Source: Malacoraja senta (Eukaryota). From it: a stretch of DNA of 64,000 nucleotides. Below the pieces are notes generated by a model. It searched no databases and had not been told where the DNA came from. It saw only the letters and a list, made by a program, of their open reading frames with translations. Shown in pieces: positions 49,501 through 61,340 of this stretch. Both the position numbers and the translations under genes were made by a program. Position 1 is the stretch's first letter; each line of letters starts with the position of its first letter. Location: contig CM075989.1 in assembly GCA_038087875.1 (NCBI GenBank), forward strand, positions 22,756,001 to 22,820,000, read 5' to 3'.

Positions 49501-50426
49501 TATTGATAACTCATTCCATATTGGCAATATGTTTGATAGAGAAGTAAACATCTCAGAATAAAAGGATCATGGCTGATCTATCTCTCCCTCCTAACCTCAT
49601 TCTCCTGCCTTCTCCCCATAACCTCTGACACCTGTACTAATCAAGTGACACAATATGTTCAATAGCAGTTACACATGCAAAGTATTTGTATATAATCTGG
49701 GAAAGTGCCCTACTTGTTCATGAAGATGAAACCCATTTTGAGATAAGATTGCTGTTCAATGTGTTGCACATGTTAGACTCTGTTTGGAAATCATAATCAG
49801 GATGAAATATGCTGTTATCAATGAATGAAAAGCCAAAATTGGATAGCTTCCTTCAATAACGAGATATTTTCCAATGCTGATATCCCAAATATCAAAATCA
49901 AATGAACAGGAATAGGATAAAAGTCTTGCATCTACTTGGACTTGAAGGGTTACAACTTCAATGACAACTATATGAAGCTGCTTGTCATTTAGTAGCAGCG
50001 CTTAGCTGATGTTGTACAGCTTCATCACCGTGCATCTCGGACTTCTAACAGAATGCACATTGTTTATGATTCCCTCACTAGGAAACATCTCCCTTATGCA
50101 TTTAGTTCCTCTGCACGCGATTCCCAAGGCAAATCACACAAGTATGGCTTACAATAAAATAATATCAGCGATCAGATTCTATTACAGTCTATGAGGGTGA
50201 CATGTCAACAGTCTGTACATAGAACACACACAACACTCAGGTTCTATTCACTGCCTGAGCCGAGCTGCAAAATTCTTTCACTTTGTTTGAACATGGGAAT
50301 CACTAATAACTTGGTATAATCAGACACAACAGTACAGGGACGGGCCCTACAGCCCATAATGTTAGCGCTGAACTTGACAGCACGTTATACTGATCTCATC
50401 TGCCTGTACATGATCCATGTACCGCT

Positions 50427-50940
50427 TAGTTTAATTTAGTTTAGTTTAGAGATACAGCGCGGAAACAGGCCCTACAGTCCACAGAGCCCGCGCCGACCAG
50501 CGATCCCCGAACACTACCGCTATCCTACAAACACTAGCGTCAATTTACAATTATACCAACCCAATTAACCTACAAACCTGTACGCCTTTGGTGTGTGGGA
50601 GGAATCCGGAGATCCCGGAGAAAACTCACGCAGGTCACGGGACCACAAGCGTCAGAGACCCGGGCTCGATCCTGACTACGGGTGCTGTCTGTACGGAGTT
50701 TGTACGTTCTCCCCGTGGCTGTATGGGTTTTCTCCGGGTGCTCCGGTTTCACCCACACTCCAAAGACGTACAGATTTGTAGGCTCATTGGCTTCTGTAAA
50801 ATTGTAAATTGTCCCTAGTGTGTGGGATAGTGCTAGTGTACTGAGATCGCTGGTCAGTGCGCGCTCGATGGGCCTAACCCTGACCTTAATCCTAACCCGA
50901 AGGGCCTGTTTGCACACTGTATCTCGAAACTAAAACTAAA
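50427..50940. mobile_element. Two head-truncated HE1-like SINEs fused head-to-head
   Basis: Minus copy 50427-50642, plus copy 50648-50940. Confidence 0.85.
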
Positions 50941-51033
50941 AGTTTTGAACAAATGTAAAATAATATGGTAGAAAAATGGCTTATCGGAAAGTCATAATAT
51001 TGCCCGACAATGCACTTTGTCCAGAGTAATGCA

Positions 51034-51678
51034 GTAACCTGTCCTACTTTGGCGATTTATTCGGCGACTGCCAATGACTGTCACAGTCGTAGCAGGTTGC
51101 CGAAAAAACGGCGAATGGACCCCCCTACGACAATGTCTACGACAACCTTCCACCTAGTCGACGTCAAGCTACCGACAACCGGCGACCCATTAGGACGTCC
51201 ACTTACGACCACACCTACGACAACCTACGACCACACAGGTGACAACCTACGACAACCAAAGTTAACCTATGTCCACCCGCGACAAGCTACGACAAGCAAT
51301 GACCCTGTCGGCGACAATTGAAGGCAACTGAAGAGAATTCAGTCGCCAGTACCTGTCGCCGGTTGACGTAGGTAGTCGCCAATGGAATTCACCAAAGTCA
51401 TCACCCAGCGACAACCAACGTCACCTGGTGACAACCTGCGTCATCCTGGCGACAACCTATGACAGCACCTACGACAGGAGATGACAAGCTACGTCAAGCC
51501 CACAGTCGCCGAAAGGTTCTCAACATTTCAAAATCCAGCGGCCACAAGAAAAAGGTTATGACTCTTTAGGCGACTTGAGGAGACGACTCACGACCATACA
51601 GGCGTCACCCCGCGACCATGTGGCGACAGCCTAGTTGCCTGGAGTCGCCGAAAAAATCACCTAAGTGGGACAGGACCT
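51034..51678. mobile_element. PIF/Harbinger-type MITE, related to 6381-6717 and 8463-8690
   Basis: Degenerate left TIR ACCTGTCCTACTTTGGCGATT; right TIR AAGTGGGACAGGACCT followed by TAA; internal CGACAACCT repeats. Confidence 0.8.
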
Positions 51679-51745
51679 TAACAACATTCAGATTATTATT
51701 TCATGATAATATCTAGCTCCTGTTTGTGCTATTTATATTTGACAT

Positions 51746-51945
51746 NNNNNNNNNNNNNNNNNNNNNNNNNNNNNNNNNNNNNNNNNNNNNNNNNNNNNNN
51801 NNNNNNNNNNNNNNNNNNNNNNNNNNNNNNNNNNNNNNNNNNNNNNNNNNNNNNNNNNNNNNNNNNNNNNNNNNNNNNNNNNNNNNNNNNNNNNNNNNNN
51901 NNNNNNNNNNNNNNNNNNNNNNNNNNNNNNNNNNNNNNNNNNNNN
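51746..51945. other. Assembly gap (200 N)
   Basis: Run of N. Confidence 1.
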
Positions 51946-52089
51946 ATTGCACCTCAAGTAACATGTAAATGCTTCACCCATATTGATTCTGTTGTCAGAA
52001 ATGTATAATGCTACAAACCTGCTCAGATGGATGGCAGCTTCCAACAATTGTTCTATTCAGCATATATTTTAAGGAATTTTTTAAGGAAA

Positions 52090-52118
52090 AAAATGTTTAT
52101 TATCTTTTATTATATTAT

Positions 52119-52182
<64 letters not shown>

Positions 52183-52330
52183 ATTATTTGTATGATAGAT
52201 TTATATTTGTCATATTATATAAATCATATAATTTATTATCTAACAATATTATATTATCATAATTACATTATTATATAATTATTAATTATTATTAACTGTT
52301 ATCCTTTATTATACAAATAACAAAAATAAT
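52090..52330. repeat. (ATT)n microsatellite within AT-rich low-complexity sequence
   Basis: Pure ATT run at ~52122-52175. Confidence 0.95.
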
Positions 52331-52708
52331 CATGGAATTCGATCCAATGTAATATAAAGTGATCAAACAAATACATGACACTATAAGGCTAACATTGGAG
52401 AATTCAACGTCCATACCGAAGATAGACCCAAAATCATGTACTCTGTCTGTTTGTGTTTCTATGACTGCTGGCAGATCAATTTCCCTCCTGAGATAAATAA
52501 AGTTCTCTTGTATCGTATCGTATCGTTAAAAAGCTGGAGTAACTCAGCGGGACAGGCAGCGACTCTGGGGGGAAGGAATGGGTGACGTTTTGGGTCGAGG
52601 CCCTTCTTCAGACTGTCTGAAGAAGGGTCTTGACCGGAAATGTCACCCATTCCTTCTCTCCAGAGATGCTGCCTGTCCCGCTGAGTTTCTCCAGCTTTTT
52701 GTGTCTAT

Positions 52709-52782
52709 CCCAGGACAGAGAGGTCAGAATGGGAATGGGAAGGGGAGTTGAAGTAGTTGGCAACCGGGAGATCCCGTAAACC
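52709..52782 (-). pseudogene. Penelope-like GIY-YIG endonuclease C-terminal remnant
   Basis: Hand translation GLRDLPVANYFNSPSHSHSDLSVLG; flanked by hammerhead-bearing repeats. Confidence 0.75.
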
Positions 52783-54714
52783 TCGGCCCTGGTCTAGTCT
52801 TTCCTCGCCTGCAGCTCTTCACCCCTCCCACTTTCGGTCTGAAGAAGGGTCCCAACCCAAAACGCCACCCATCCATGTTCTCCAAAGATGCTGCCTGACC
52901 CATTGAGTTACTCCAGCTCTTTGAGTCTATCTTAAATATATGACATATGTTGCTACATGCAGCATGGAGTTCAGTCAGAGTCTGGACTGAAAGAGTTAAA
53001 TAAAGTACAAAAAGCAGGAGTGTTTAACAGTAAGCAGTTCCCTCCCCCTCCTTCACTTCCCATGGGGGGCGCAAGTCTAGATAGAGAACGAAACAGTGAA
53101 AAAAAAAAGCATTTGGTATTCATATATCTCATAAACTATTCATCTCAGCTACAAAGAGTTCTGTCAAACATTGATAAGGTCCAGGATTCAGGGTTCTATA
53201 GAATTTATACAGTCAGCTATTGACAACTTCTTTACAAGATCTAAGTTGAAGACAGCTGACGTTCATTTTATATCCTCTACATATCCAGCCTCCGTCTTCA
53301 GACTTTTTAATGAATAATTACCTGGGGAGAGGAAAAAAAAAACGAGATGGATATTTTGACTTTTTTTGGCCAGTGCTCAATATTAAAAGCATATTGAATA
53401 GTTGCGACGAAAGAGGATGGGTCGTGATGTCAAAGAAGTTTTATTTGATTCTGTTATGGACGGTGGCTGGACTTTCGTTGGTGCATCTCGAAAACAGCAC
53501 AGCTTGGATTTGCAAGATGCTTAATAACTTGGTTTTGGGTAGAGAGGGGAAAAAAAACTTGAAAACATTGACGATTATGTAAAAATAAGTGGCCGAACAA
53601 TGGCCCTTTACAATCCCCACGCTGCAATTAAAGTAGTGCTTTCACTGGGTAGTCTAACGGTGCTATCCAGGGACATCATTAAAACTACTTTCAATATCCC
53701 TGGGAAACCAACAAATAAGAGAGGTTTTACGGGTTCATACACAACTGACAATCTTAGTAATATTTCCACTTAATAATTCAGTTGAAGCAGCGTTGCCTGC
53801 AATTATTAGCACGCAGTAATAATTACCATGTAAAAATCAATGTGGTCAGTTCATTCCAAGATGATTTACAAGTCTGAAGAAGGGTCTCGGCCCAAAATGT
53901 CACCCATTCCTTCTCTCCAGAGATGCTGCCTGTCCCGCTGAGTTACTCCAGTTTTTTGTGTCTACCTTCGATTTAAACCAGCATCTGCAGTTCCTTCCTG
54001 CACATGCTTTACAAGTCTACAGCCAGAGTTATCATTTTAATATCCAGAGGGAGATCGAGGGTGCTTTCATATAATCTCATCACTTAGAAAGTGTTATCCA
54101 AACTTTAAAACTACAGGTTAGTTGAGTTTATTGTCCTGTGTACCAGGTACAGAGAGAAGCCTTCGTTGTTGAGTGCTATCCAGCCAGTGGAAAGACGACA
54201 CATGACTACAATCAATGTGTGGGAAGGAACTGTAGATGCTGGTTAACATCGAAGGTAGACACAAAATGCTGGAGTAACTCAGCGGGTCAAGCAGAATTTC
54301 GGGAGAAAAGGAATAAGTGACGTTTCGGGACAGGACAAGTCGGAAGAAGGGTCTCGACCTGAAACGTCTTCAGTATTTTGTGTCTATTTTCAGCAGAAAG
54401 ACAATACATGATAACAATTGGGCCATCCACAGTGTACAGATACAGGATAAAGGATACACGTGAATAGTGTTTCAGTGCAAGGTAAAGCCAGTAAAGTCGG
54501 ATCAAAGATAGTCCGAGGATCTCCAACGAGGTAGACAGTATTCTGTAGGAAGGAACTGCAGATGCTGGTTTAAACCGAAGATAGACACAGAAAGCTGGAG
54601 ATACTTCAGCCTCTTGTGGTAGATAGTAGTTCTGGACTGCACTGTAGTGGTGGTAGGATGGGTCAGTTGCCTGAGAACAGGAGAGAGAGAGAGGGGCCCA
54701 GTCTGGCACGCAAT

Positions 54715-55005
54715 ACTTGTTTTAAATTTCAAAATAGACTTTATTCAAGTAATAAATAGAAACAATACAGGAACCGTGCAAAAAATGCTTCCGACATTCT
54801 CGGAGGCTATACAAACATTCAATACTGTTTACACAAATTTATCCCCCACCCTTGCCACTCATGTGGCCCACTGGCGTGGAATCCCTTCCCTTATTTTCTT
54901 ATGGGGCGTCTCCCCCACACCCTGCCTCCCCCCCCATGTCCAGCAGCAGAAGGACCCTAGACTGTGGTCCTCCGCCACAGAGCCTTGGCGTTGGCTGCAC
55001 CAGTT
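54715..55005 (-). mobile_element. Probable L1/Tx1-clade LINE 3' end
   Basis: Minus strand GAANAKALWRRTTV*, then UTR, AATAAA and A-rich end. Confidence 0.45.
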
Positions 55006-55427
55006 CCGAGACACAGGTTTGCATGACCGTAGGTCACAGATAAAGCACTTTCAGACCGTCTCACCTTTCAGTCGGGAGGGAGGTTGGGTTTTCTCACTGC
55101 AACAGGGTTGGGGGGTTTTCCCCATTGTGGCAGAGTTAAAGATGGTCGAAGAATGTCGTGACCCTGCCCATGGCGCTGGGCGTCCGTGTGTACGTCGTAT
55201 CCTCCGTACGGCTGTGAGTCCGAGATCGGAGCGCACCCCATGAACACCCGTCACACCATTCACGACACGCAGGCCTGTAATTACACTTAAACAAATACAG
55301 TAGCTCCGTACACACACCGAGGGCTGAGGTTCTTTCACTCAAAGAGAGTTATCCCCTCCCCACCACCCACCACCGCCATTTGTCCAAATCTGTAATCACT
55401 TTCACAAAATGGAAAATGAGAGAGTCA

Positions 55428-55818
55428 AGCCCCTGTCCCACTTAGGAGACCTAAACAGCAACCTCTGGTGACCTTGCCCGCCACCCAAAAAAAAAATCAA
55501 GGTCGAGGTGACCTGCAACCTCCTACCACCTCCCACCCATATGTTGAAAACCTTCCTCGACTATGAAGAAAACCGGCTTCGACTAGACCTGGAACTAAAT
55601 AATTATCGATTTTTAAAACGGCAACCTATTTTTAGTCGAGGCCGGTTTTAATCCTGATGAAAAAATAGCAGCAACCTAGATGAAGCCTCGACCACGTGGA
55701 AACCACTTTCGACCATTAGGGAGAGTGACCAAAACCTCCGGTGACCTCATGGAAACCTTGGGTGGCGGGCAAGGTCACCAGAGGTTGCTGATTAGGTCTC
55801 CTAAGTGGGACAGGGGCT
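55428..55818. mobile_element. PIF/Harbinger-type MITE with ~60-bp TIRs
   Basis: AGCCCCTGTCCCACTTAGGAGACCTAAACAGCAACCTCTGGTGACCTTGCCCGCCACCCAA and its near-perfect reverse complement; TCA/TAA flanks. Confidence 0.9.
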
Positions 55819-56385
55819 TAAACTGAATCTGTTCACTGACTTTCCCAGAGAGACCTTTACCAGGCCCCTGCGTTAAAGGAATGGAGGATAAACTGAACTG
55901 TACTTACACCAAATAAACCACTTTGGAAAGAACAACAAGAGCCTGGCGGAAGTTAAATACATGAAATGGTCTCTGACTTGCTGCATACACAAACATGGAA
56001 TATAAGATGCTGCCTGTCCTGCTGAGATACTCCATCTTTTTGTGTCTATCTTTGGTGGGCTGAAGGGCCTGTTTCCATGCTCTATTTTTAGACTAAACAA
56101 TAGACAATAGGTGCAGGAGTAGGCCATTCGACCCCTCGAGCCAGCTCCGCCATTCAATGTGATCATGGCTGATCACTGAAACTAAACAAATGAATTTTTT
56201 AAATGGGTTTTCACCGGGTTGTATGCAAAGCAAATCATTTCACTGTACCTCGGTACATGTGACAATAAAGTATAATTCATTGAAATTGCTGGTGTCCTTC
56301 TACAAATTGACCAACATTTGCCCTGTTAATAGAGCCAGGTCAGAGAAACTATCGAGTACGTTCAGTGACAAACTTTTGCAGAAGA

Positions 56386-56830
56386 TGATGAAAGAATGGG
56401 TCGACTGGGCTTGTATTCACTGGAATTTAGAAGGATGAGAGGGTATCTTATTGAAACATATAAAATTCTTAAAGGATTGGACAGACTAGATGCAGGAAAA
56501 ATGTTCCCGATGTTGGGGGAGTCCAGAACCGGGGGACACAGTTTAAGAATAAGGGGTAGGCCATTTAGGACTGAGATGAGGAAAAACTTCTCCACCCAGA
56601 GAGTTGTGAATCTGTGGAATTCTCTGCCACAGAAGGCAGTGGAGGCCAATTCACTGGATGTTTTCAAGAGAGAGTTAGATTTAACTCTTAGGGCTAAAGG
56701 AATAAAGAGATGTGGGGGAAAAGCAGGAACGGGTACTGATTTTAGGTGATCAGCCTTGATCATATTGAATGGCAGTGCTGGCTCGAAGGGCCGAATGGCC
56801 TACTCCTGTGCCTATTTTTCTATGTTTCTA
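56386..56830 (+). mobile_element. CR1 LINE 3' fragment
   Basis: RLGLYSLEFRRMRGYLIETYKILKGLDRLDAGKMFPMLGESRT... Confidence 0.9.
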
Positions 56831-58532
56831 AGAAACTGTAAACAGATGGAAAGTTGCCCGACTACTCAGTGGAGGCTCTATGTTGTCACGTTTTGTCTTT
56901 TGAAGATAGACACAGAAAGTTGGAGTAACTCAGCGGGGACAGGCAGCATCTCTGGAGAGAAGAAATGGGTGACGTTTCGACCCATTCCTTCTCTCCAGCG
57001 ATGTTGCCTGTCCCCGCTGAGTTACTCCAGCTTTTTGTGTCTATCTTCAGTTGAAGCCAGCGTCTGCAGTGCCTTCCTGCACGCTTTGTCTTTCACCGCT
57101 CTCTGCGTTTCGTCCCTTCTCTGCTCTCCGCTATTTGCTGCCAAAGGTCATGGGGAGAAGGCAGGAGAATGGGGTTAGGAGGGAGAGATAGATCAGCCGC
57201 GATTGAATGGCGGAGTAGACCCGGTGGGCCGAATGGCCTAATTCTGCTCCTACCACTTATGACCTTACTTGCCTGTTCACACCTGTCTGTGGTCCAGGTG
57301 AGTAGTGAAGGGCAAGGTCGGTGGAGGAGGTGGACTCATGGATGTGTGGAGATCAGTGTGACAGTGTCCATCAGGCTAATACCAGTCAGATGTGTTCTTC
57401 AGCTCGTGCTGACTCCTTGTTTGGGGAAAGTTATTCCCCCCGTGTTACCAATACTTGCTTTACTGCCTTTTGTTGTTGTTGGCTTAAAGAGATAAACATC
57501 AAAAAGCCCCCGTGCATTTCATCTCAATAGGATTAACGTTTGAACATCTGCTGTAGTAATCAATAAGCTGTAATAATTTATTAAAGAGAAGTTTGTTTCA
57601 AGAGAGCAAAGAACATTGCCTCATGTGGAGTTTCGGTCGAAGAATGGATTCACGGAGATTGATTTTTATTCCAGATACTTTCACAACTAACTTTTCCCAC
57701 ATTGATGATGAGTAGTGAACCCTGGTGAGGTTGTGCAAGACAACACATGCTTTTCCGGAGATATAAACAGTGGGGTGAGGGTAGAGAATGCATATGGAGG
57801 CTTGCCAACATGTTCCTGGTGATCTCAGCTCACCGTTAACCCTCTCAATGCCACCTCTCTCTCTCTTGTTGCATCTGGTGTCAGGTTTTAATTGGGCTGT
57901 CCAATTACAAACCTAAACCGCCAACCCCACCCTCTTGTAACCAAGAGCTTCAAGTGATTAAAGACCAGGGGAATAGATTGGGCGGCATGTGGCGCAGCGG
58001 TAGAGTTGCTGCCTCACAGCGCCAGAGACCCAGGTTCGATCTTGACCGCGGATGCTGTCTGTACGGAGTCTGTACGTTCTCCCATGTGACCCTGTGAGTG
58101 GAAAACTTTTGTTGCGTGCTATCCAGTCAGCGGAAAGGCCATACATGATTACAAGGATAGGCAGGATTCGAGAGATATGGACCACATGTGAGCAGGTGAG
58201 ATTAGTGTAGATGGGGGAATCTTGGACAGCATGGGCAGTTTGGGCCGAAGGGCTTGGTTCTGTGCCATGACTCTAAACCAGGAGGCCACTGGGAAAATGT
58301 GTAAACACGGTACATAGTGTGGCCAAGGTCCAGATGGAACCTGTGTCACTGGAGCTGTAGAGGCAGCAGTTCTTCCAGCCACGCCACAGTCTCTCTCGTC
58401 AACGAAGGAGGAAAAAACAGTCTGATAAAATCCCACGTGGTCCCTTTCTGCCTGATGGGGCCCACCTGTCTATTGGTGCTCAGTCTAAACCTTTGCAAAG
58501 GATCTAGAGACTGGATATTAAAAAAATTAATC

Positions 58533-59135
58533 CGAAGATAGACACAAAAAAGCCGGAGTAACTCAGCGGGACAGGCAGCATATCTGGAGAGAAGGACCCT
58601 TCTCCAGACTGGTTAGGGAAAAGGGAAACGAGAGATATGGGCGATGATGCAGAGAGATAAAGAACAATGAATGAGTGATATGCAAAAAATTAATGATGAT
58701 AAATGAAACAGGCCATTGTTAGCTGTTTGTTTGGGTGAAAACGAGAAGCTGGTGCGAGTTGGGTGGAGGAGAGGTAGAGAGGGAATGCCGGGGCTTCCTG
58801 AAGTGAGAGAAATCAAAATTCACACCACTGGGCTGTAAGCTGCCCAAGCGAAATATGAGATGCTGTTCCTCCAATTTGCGTTTGGCAATGGAGGAGACCG
58901 AGAACAGAAAGGTCTGTGTGGGAATGGGAAGGAGAATTAAAGTGTTTAAGAAGGAACTGCAGATGCTGGAAAATCGGCGGTAGACAAAAGTGCTGGAGAA
59001 ACTCAGCGGGTGCAGCAGCATCTATGGAGCGAAGGATATGGAGCCTTCGCTCCATAGATGCTGCTGCACCTGCTGAGTTTCTCCAGCACTTTTGTCTACC
59101 CAGGATAATTAAAGTGTTTAGCAACTGGGAAATTC
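58533..59135 (-). mobile_element. Penelope-like element 3' remnant: GIY-YIG C-terminus, UTR and terminal repeat
   Basis: FPVAKHFN / HFNSPSHSHTDLSVLGLLH / AKRKLEEQHLIFRLGSLQPSGVNFDFSHFR, running into CAGTCTGGAGAAGGGTC...CTGAGTTACTCC; split by palindromic insert 58949-59106. Confidence 0.85.
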
Positions 59136-60001
59136 ATCTGTTTTTCTTTCTCTTCACTCACGGGACAAGAAATGGTTAAGAACAAGGGGACTTCTTCTCA
59201 GTCTTAATGGAGATGGTGGAAGAATCCAAGGGCTGCACAGTCGGGGGGTGGAGGTTGTGCTTCCAGGGACGAGGGGAAGCTGACTGAGGTAGGTTGGTGA
59301 TCAAAGTCTCATTCCATCAACAGCAACAAGGTTAAAAATAAAATTCCCTTTAATTGTTTGTACAAATTGTTCATTCAATATAAATCCCACAAAACATTCA
59401 TGACAACATGTATTTCAAACATTTGGTTACTCTTGTGAATACTGAATTATTGAAAAAGATTGTAAAAAGGACGAGAGCATTATATCTAGACTATAATTTT
59501 CTACAATGAGTTGCTACAGGTTTTACACTTAGTAATTCCACAGTCGTACAAGATTCAAATTTCCCCTAATAAATAATTTAATGTAATGTACAATGCCAAG
59601 TGTTTCATTTACGCATTGTGGAAGTGTTTTACTTCAGTTTCCACCAACAGAATATCAATAAATGAGATAGCCATCACGTTATGTTCCGATGGGTTAGCCT
59701 GTATGAACACACCTGCCATCTTGCCAGCCAACACCATTTATATCGGTTTAGGTTGAGCAAGCTGGGACTCTATTCCTTGGAGCACAGGAGGATGAGGGGT
59801 GATCTTACAGAGGTGTATAAAATCATGAGAGGAATAGATCGGGTAGACGCACAATGTCTATTGTCCAGAGTAGTGGAATCGAGAAGCAGAGGATATAGGT
59901 TGAAGGTGAAGGTGATGGGGGAAAGATTTAATAAGAATTCCAAGGGTAACTTTTTCAGGCCAAGTGGGGTGGATGTATGGAAGGAGCTGCCAGAGGAGGT
60001 A

Positions 60002-61327
60002 CATAGATACATAGATACATAGAAATTAGGTGCAGGAGTAGGCCATTCAGCCCTTCGAGCCTGCACCGCCATTCAATACGATCATGGCTGATCATCCAAC
60101 TCAGTATCCCGTACCTGCCTTCTCTCCATACCCCCTGATCCCTTTAGCCACAAGGGCCACATCTAATTCCCTCTTAAATATAGCCAATGAACTGGCCTCA
60201 ACTACCCTCTGTGGCAGAGAGTTCCAGAGATTCACCACTCTCTGTGTGAAAAAGTTTTTCCTCATCTCGGTCTTAAAGGATTTTCCCCTTATCCTTAAGC
60301 TGTGACCCCTTGTCCTGGACTTCCCCAACATCGGGAACAATCTTCCTGCATCTAGCCTGTCCAACCCCATAAGAATCTTGTACGTTTCTATAAGATCCCC
60401 TCTCAATCTCCTAAATTCTAGCGAGTATAAGCCAAGTCTATCCAGTCTTTCTTCATATGAAAGTCCTGACATCCCAGGAATCAGTCTGGTGAACCTTCTC
60501 TGCACTCCCTCTATGGCTATAATGTCCTTCCTCAGATTTGGAGACCAAAACTGTACGCAATACTCCAGGTGTGGTCTCACCAAGACCCTGTACAACTGCA
60601 GTAGAACCTCACTGCTCCTATACTCAAATCCTCTTGCTATGAAGGCCAACATACCATTCGCTTTCTTCACTGCCTGCTGCACCTGCATGCCTACTTTCAA
60701 TGACTGGTGTACCATGACACCCAGGTCTCGCTGCATCTCCCCATTTCCTAATCGGCCACCATTTAGATAATAGTCTGCCTTCCCGTTTTTGCTACCAAAG
60801 TGGATAACCTCACATTTATCCACATTATACTGCATCTGCCAAACATTTGCCCACTCACCCAGCCTATCCAAGTCACCTTGCAGTCTCCTAGCATCCTCCT
60901 CACAGCTAACACTGCCCCCCAGCTTAGTGTCATCCGCAAACTTGGAGATGTTGCTTTCAATTCCCTCGTCCAGATCATTAATATAAATTGTAAATAGCTG
61001 GGGTCCCAGCACTGAGCCTTGTGGTACCCCACTAGTCACTGCCTGCCATTGTGAAAAGGACCCGTTTACTCCTACTCTTTGCTTCCTGTTTGCCAGCCAG
61101 TGCTCTATCCACATCAATACTGAACCCCCAATACCGTGTGATTTAAGTTTGTATCCTAATCTCTTATGTGGTACCTTGTCGAAAGCCTTCTGAAAGTCCA
61201 GATACAACACATCCACTGGTTCTCCCCTATCCACTCTACTAGTTACATCCTCGAAAAATTCTATAAGATTCGTCAGACACGATTTACCTTTCGTAAATCC
61301 ATGCTGACTTTGTCCAATGATTTCACC
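60002..61327 (-). mobile_element. Young 5'-truncated CR1 LINE
   Basis: 3' UTR with (ACATAGAT)n tail and an uninterrupted RT reading frame. Confidence 0.95.
60101..61327 (-). CDS. CR1 ORF2 reverse transcriptase domain and C-terminus (5'-truncated, no native start)
   Basis: SQHGFTKGKSCLTNL, YLDFQKAFDKVPH, GVPQGSVLGP, KFADD; frame open from 61327 to the stop at 60101. Confidence 0.93.
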   Translation of the reverse strand, partial: GEIIGQSQHGFTKGKSCLTNLIEFFEDVTSRVDRGEPVDVLYLDFQKAFDKVPHKRLGYKLKSHGIGGSVLMWIEHWLANRKQRVGVNGSFSQWQAVTSGVPQGSVLGPQLFTIYINDLDEGIESNISKFADDTKLGGSVSCEEDARRLQGDLDRLGEWANVWQMQYNVDKCEVIHFGSKNGKADYYLNGGRLGNGEMQRDLGVMVHQSLKVGMQVQQAVKKANGMLAFIARGFEYRSSEVLLQLYRVLVRPHLEYCVQFWSPNLRKDIIAIEGVQRRFTRLIPGMSGLSYEERLDRLGLYSLEFRRLRGDLIETYKILMGLDRLDAGRLFPMLGKSRTRGHSLRIRGKSFKTEMRKNFFTQRVVNLWNSLPQRVVEASSLAIFKRELDVALVAKGIRGYGEKAGTGY

Positions 61328-61340
61328 AGGTAGTTGAGGC

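Noticed and set aside
51703..52047. ORFs spanning the N run
   Set aside because: Artefacts of the assembly gap.
54647..55243. 198-aa ORF
   Set aside because: It crosses several repeat fragments in antisense and has no recognisable domain.
60101..61234. Domesticated host reverse transcriptase gene
   Set aside because: It is 5'-truncated within the RT domain, retains the CR1 tail, is nested in another repeat and has a near-identical sibling at 38.7 kb.
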